A DNA stretch of 62,905 nt, counting the filler. It is 5 parts of 5 records of this genome, joined end to end, with 100 filler letters (N's around TTAATTAATTAA, not from the genome) between each part and the next. Parts side by side here need not be neighbours in the genome. Positions count along the whole stretch, not along the records: positions 55,832 to 62,905 come from DRR723986_2309; 4 more parts are not named here. The stretch is one strand, 5' to 3'. Shown here piece after piece: positions 60,155 to 62,905 of the stretch. Position 1 is the first letter of the stretch, and each line of letters starts with the position of its first letter. The position numbers were made by a program, and so were the translations under genes. A model generated the notes under the pieces. That model had not been told where the DNA came from, did not search any database, and saw nothing but the letters and a program-made list of their open reading frames with translations.

Positions 60155-60990
60155 CTTCCTTAACCCTGACGGAAATGGCCACGGCGGTTCTGGAAACCGC
60201 CGATGCGCAGGAAAAGACCGATCTCAGCCGTCACTATGCGGCGCAGTGGTTTGCCGCCCGCAAGGGCGATGCACCCGCGATCGAGATCGGCACTGCCGCC
60301 CCGCCCCTGCGCCCTGCCCGCCCGGCAGAGCCAGAGTTGCTGGACCCGCGCGATGTGCCCCGCCGCCGACCCGGCAGCCCCGAAGGGCGCAAGGCGCTGC
60401 TGCATGCGGTCGCCCATATCGAACTGAATGCCGTCGATCTGCACTGGGATATTATCGCGCGCTTTGGCGGGCGGGTGAAAATGCCAATCGGGTTCTTTGA
60501 CGACTGGGTCAAATCGGCAGACCAGGAATCGAAGCATTTTCAACTGGTCAACGCGTGCCTTGCCACAATGGGCAGCCATTACGGCGAGCTGGCCGCCCAT
60601 GCAGGTATGTGGCGCGCGGCAGAAGATACCGCCGAGGATATCATGGGGCGGCTCGCGGTTGTTCCGATGGTACTGGAAGCGCGGGGTCTGGATGTGACGC
60701 CGGGCATGATCGAGGTATTTCGCAAGGCGGGCGACGAGGCTGCAAGGCAGGCGGTTGCGGCGCTGGAGGTGATCTATGCCGAAGAGGTTCACCACGTCGC
60801 CTATGGCTCCAAATGGTTCCATTTCCTGTGCGGGCGGGGTGACATAGACCCCAAGGACGAATTCCATCGTCTTGTGCGCACCTACTTTCACGGCCCTCTA
60901 AAGCCGCCATTTAACGAGGAAAAACGCGCCGAGGCCGGGCTGCCGCCCGACTTTTATTGGCCATTGTCCGAGACAGGATCGGTCGGTTGA
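60151..60990 (+). CDS. Ferritin-like domain protein (DUF455)
   Basis: LHAVAHIELNAVDL.WD, E.KHF, LEARGLDVTP, EEV.HV..G.KWF. Confidence 0.9.
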   Translation: MTSLTLTEMATAVLETADAQEKTDLSRHYAAQWFAARKGDAPAIEIGTAAPPLRPARPAEPELLDPRDVPRRRPGSPEGRKALLHAVAHIELNAVDLHWDIIARFGGRVKMPIGFFDDWVKSADQESKHFQLVNACLATMGSHYGELAAHAGMWRAAEDTAEDIMGRLAVVPMVLEARGLDVTPGMIEVFRKAGDEAARQAVAALEVIYAEEVHHVAYGSKWFHFLCGRGDIDPKDEFHRLVRTYFHGPLKPPFNEEKRAEAGLPPDFYWPLSETGSVG

Positions 60991-61038
60991 CGACGGGACA
61001 TGGGCAAAAACCCGCCAAAAACCGGCGAATTGTCCCAT

Positions 61039-61047
61039 TTATCCACA
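61039..61047 (+). promoter_or_regulatory. Single consensus DnaA box
   Basis: TTATCCACA in the intergenic region upstream of the M23 peptidase gene. Confidence 0.4.
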
Positions 61048-61170
61048 AGCGCGCACAAAAAGGTTTGAGCAGAGCCGGGCTTTCGCCTAATCCCTAAGAA
61101 ACCGGTGCGACGGGTTGTGGGGACAGGACGGCGCATTCGGACGATGACAAGGGAAATGGGGCACAACCAC

Positions 61171-62511
61171 GTGAAGACACGCCTGACCGACCGGTTCAAC
61201 GGGGCGCTTGAGCGGTATTTACCGGAACAACGTCTATTTCTGAAATCAGATCAGGGCATGCGCTATGTGCGTTTGCGCCCGGCGACGCAGGCCATCATGC
61301 TGACGGGCAGCTCGCTGTTTGTGGGATGGACGGTCATCGTCACGGCGATATTCCTCATCGACTCCATCAGTGCAGGCGGGGTGCGCGAACAGGCGGAACG
61401 GGCGCAGGTCGCCTATGAACAGCGTCTCAATGCCATGTCCGATGAACGCGATGCGCGTGCGTCCGAGGCCCAGGCCAGCCAGGAACGGTTCTCGGTCGCC
61501 ATGGGCGAGGTCTCGGCGATGCAGTCGCGGCTGCTGGCCTCTGAAGAACGCCGCCGAGAACTGGAAACCGCTGTCGAGGTGATCCAGACCACCTTGCGCC
61601 GGGTGATGACCGAACGCGATGACGCCCGCGCGCAAACCGCCGCGTTGCTGGACGAGATCGAGGCAGAGAACGGATCGGTCCAGACCGCGGCAAGCCGTCA
61701 GCGGGAACTGGAGCGGACGCTGGAATACCTGACCATGGCGCTGGCCCGTGCCGCGGATCAGCGTGATGATGCCTTCGAGATCGCCGAAAGCGCCGAAGAG
61801 GAAATAGACGAACTGGAATTCACCCAGGCCCTGGCGGACGAGCGGAACGAGCGGATTTTCGCGCAGCTTGAAGACGCGGTGGAAATGTCGATGGAGCCGC
61901 TGGACAGGATGTTCTCGGCTGCTGGACTGTCGACCGAGGATCTGGTGAACCAGATGCGCGCCAGTTACAACGGTCAGGGCGGGCCGCTGATGCCGATCAC
62001 CATGTCGACACGGGGTGAGGAACCTGACACCGCATCTTTGCGTGCCAATGAGGTTCTGGAGCAGCTCGACACCCTGAATCTTCACCGTATGGTCGCGGAA
62101 AGACTGCCTTTTTCCCGCCCGGTCTTCGCCAGCTACCGGCTGAGTTCCCCTTTTGGCTATCGCCGTGATCCGTTCAATGGCGGCAGCCGGTTGCATTCCG
62201 GCGTCGACATGGCGGGCCCCACCGGCACCCCCATTCATGCCACCGGTGACGGGGTCGTCAGCTTTGCCGGACGGCAGAGCGGATATGGCAATATCATCGT
62301 CATCCAGCACGCCTTCGGGTTCGAAACACGCTACGCCCATTTGCACCGTATCCGGGTGACAGAAGGCCAAAGGGTCTCGCGCGGGGACCGTATAGGTGAT
62401 ATGGGAAGCACCGGACGGTCGACGGGACCCCATCTCCACTATGAGGTCCGCACCGGTGATACGCCAAGAAACCCCATGAACTACATCACGGCAGGTAGAG
62501 ATGTTTTCTAA
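61171..62511 (+). CDS. M23 family endopeptidase with N-terminal DUF5930, TM helix and coiled coil (LmdC-like)
   Basis: PEQRLFL.S, TM segment, long coiled coil, HSGVD (HxxxD), YAHL, GRSTGPHLHYEV (HxH). GTG start at 61171 inferred. Confidence 0.92.
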   Translation: MKTRLTDRFNGALERYLPEQRLFLKSDQGMRYVRLRPATQAIMLTGSSLFVGWTVIVTAIFLIDSISAGGVREQAERAQVAYEQRLNAMSDERDARASEAQASQERFSVAMGEVSAMQSRLLASEERRRELETAVEVIQTTLRRVMTERDDARAQTAALLDEIEAENGSVQTAASRQRELERTLEYLTMALARAADQRDDAFEIAESAEEEIDELEFTQALADERNERIFAQLEDAVEMSMEPLDRMFSAAGLSTEDLVNQMRASYNGQGGPLMPITMSTRGEEPDTASLRANEVLEQLDTLNLHRMVAERLPFSRPVFASYRLSSPFGYRRDPFNGGSRLHSGVDMAGPTGTPIHATGDGVVSFAGRQSGYGNIIVIQHAFGFETRYAHLHRIRVTEGQRVSRGDRIGDMGSTGRSTGPHLHYEVRTGDTPRNPMNYITAGRDVF

Positions 62512-62905
62512 GTCAAAAATCAATGAACCCGGCCCCAAGCAGGCTGGCGCCGCTGATAGCAAACCCGAAACCGGGGCAGATGCCCCCAAGGCAGGATCCT
62601 CGGATAAAAGCGCAATGCCCCTTACCTCGAACAAGCCCAAACCACCCGCGTCGCTGCTCAGCTCTGATCTGACAATCACCGGAAACCTGCGCACCACCGG
62701 AGATATCCAGGTGGAAGGCACCGTGAATGGCGACATCCGCGCGCATCTTCTGACGGTCGGTGAGGGTGCCACCATCGAGGGTGAAATCGTTGCCGACGAT
62801 ATCGTCGTGACTGGCCGCGTCGTGGGGCGTGTGCGTGGCCTCAAGGTCCGCCTGACCGCGACCGCGAAGGTTGAAGGCGACATCATCCACAAGACCATCG
62901 CGATC
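62501..62905 (+). CDS. Bactofilin (polymer-forming cytoskeletal protein), 3'-truncated by window edge
   Basis: MFSKSK N-terminus, Pro/Ala linker, SLLSSDLTITGNL..TGDIQVEG.V.GDI...LTVGEGA.IEGEI.ADDIVV.GRV.G beta-helix. Overlaps the M23 stop. Confidence 0.93.
   Translation, partial: MFSKSKINEPGPKQAGAADSKPETGADAPKAGSSDKSAMPLTSNKPKPPASLLSSDLTITGNLRTTGDIQVEGTVNGDIRAHLLTVGEGATIEGEIVADDIVVTGRVVGRVRGLKVRLTATAKVEGDIIHKTIAI

Noticed and set aside
61039..61047. DnaA box as a replication origin
   Set aside because: Single box, no AT-rich unwinding element and no origin-type gene context.

Overview
The window is not one locus. It is five unrelated contigs joined by artificial 100-bp spacers (44 N + TTAATTAATTAA + 44 N). 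(1) 1-6347, Rhodobacteraceae-like: rplY, an SRPBCC-YciI(DGPF)-ECF42-type sigma cassette, pth, DUF2332, a serine hydrolase and DUF2237. (2) 6448-29452, Hyphomicrobiales (Roseibium/Labrenzia-like, inferred): sahR-metF-orf-metH with a perfect 20-bp operator, a cystine-type ABC transporter, GT17, a secreted caspase-Sel1 protein, MscS, DUF2336, fused IOR with a divergent Lrp, a D-amino-acid dehydrogenase, a BASS transporter, DUF2259 and rpe. (3) 29553-42275, lower GC, FCB-group-like: two T9SS-type cargo proteins, a Bor-like lipoprotein plus FAD oxidase operon, DoxX, GNAT, TetR and an atypical pyruvate kinase. It also carries three copies of a ~44-bp hairpin repeat and a decayed duplicate of the tetR promoter/5' end. 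(4) 42376-55731, high-GC Rhodobacteraceae-like: a cadherin/Ig-repeat protein with an upstream CtrA box, and a GntR-TRAP-IlvD/Edd-DHDPS-RraA sugar-acid catabolic cluster containing an unannotated 40-aa membrane peptide. (5) 55832-62905, Rhodobacteraceae-like: queA, AsmA-like/YhdP, bcp, DUF455, an M23 peptidase and bactofilin. I saw no CRISPR array, rRNA, tRNA, integrase or transposase. The best candidates for something undescribed are in contig 3 (repeat-bounded accessory genes, the tetR duplication, the Bor + non-canonical FAD oxidase pair), followed by the orphan ORF inside the methionine operon and the sugar-acid cluster. Family calls come from motif recognition by eye, not from database searches.
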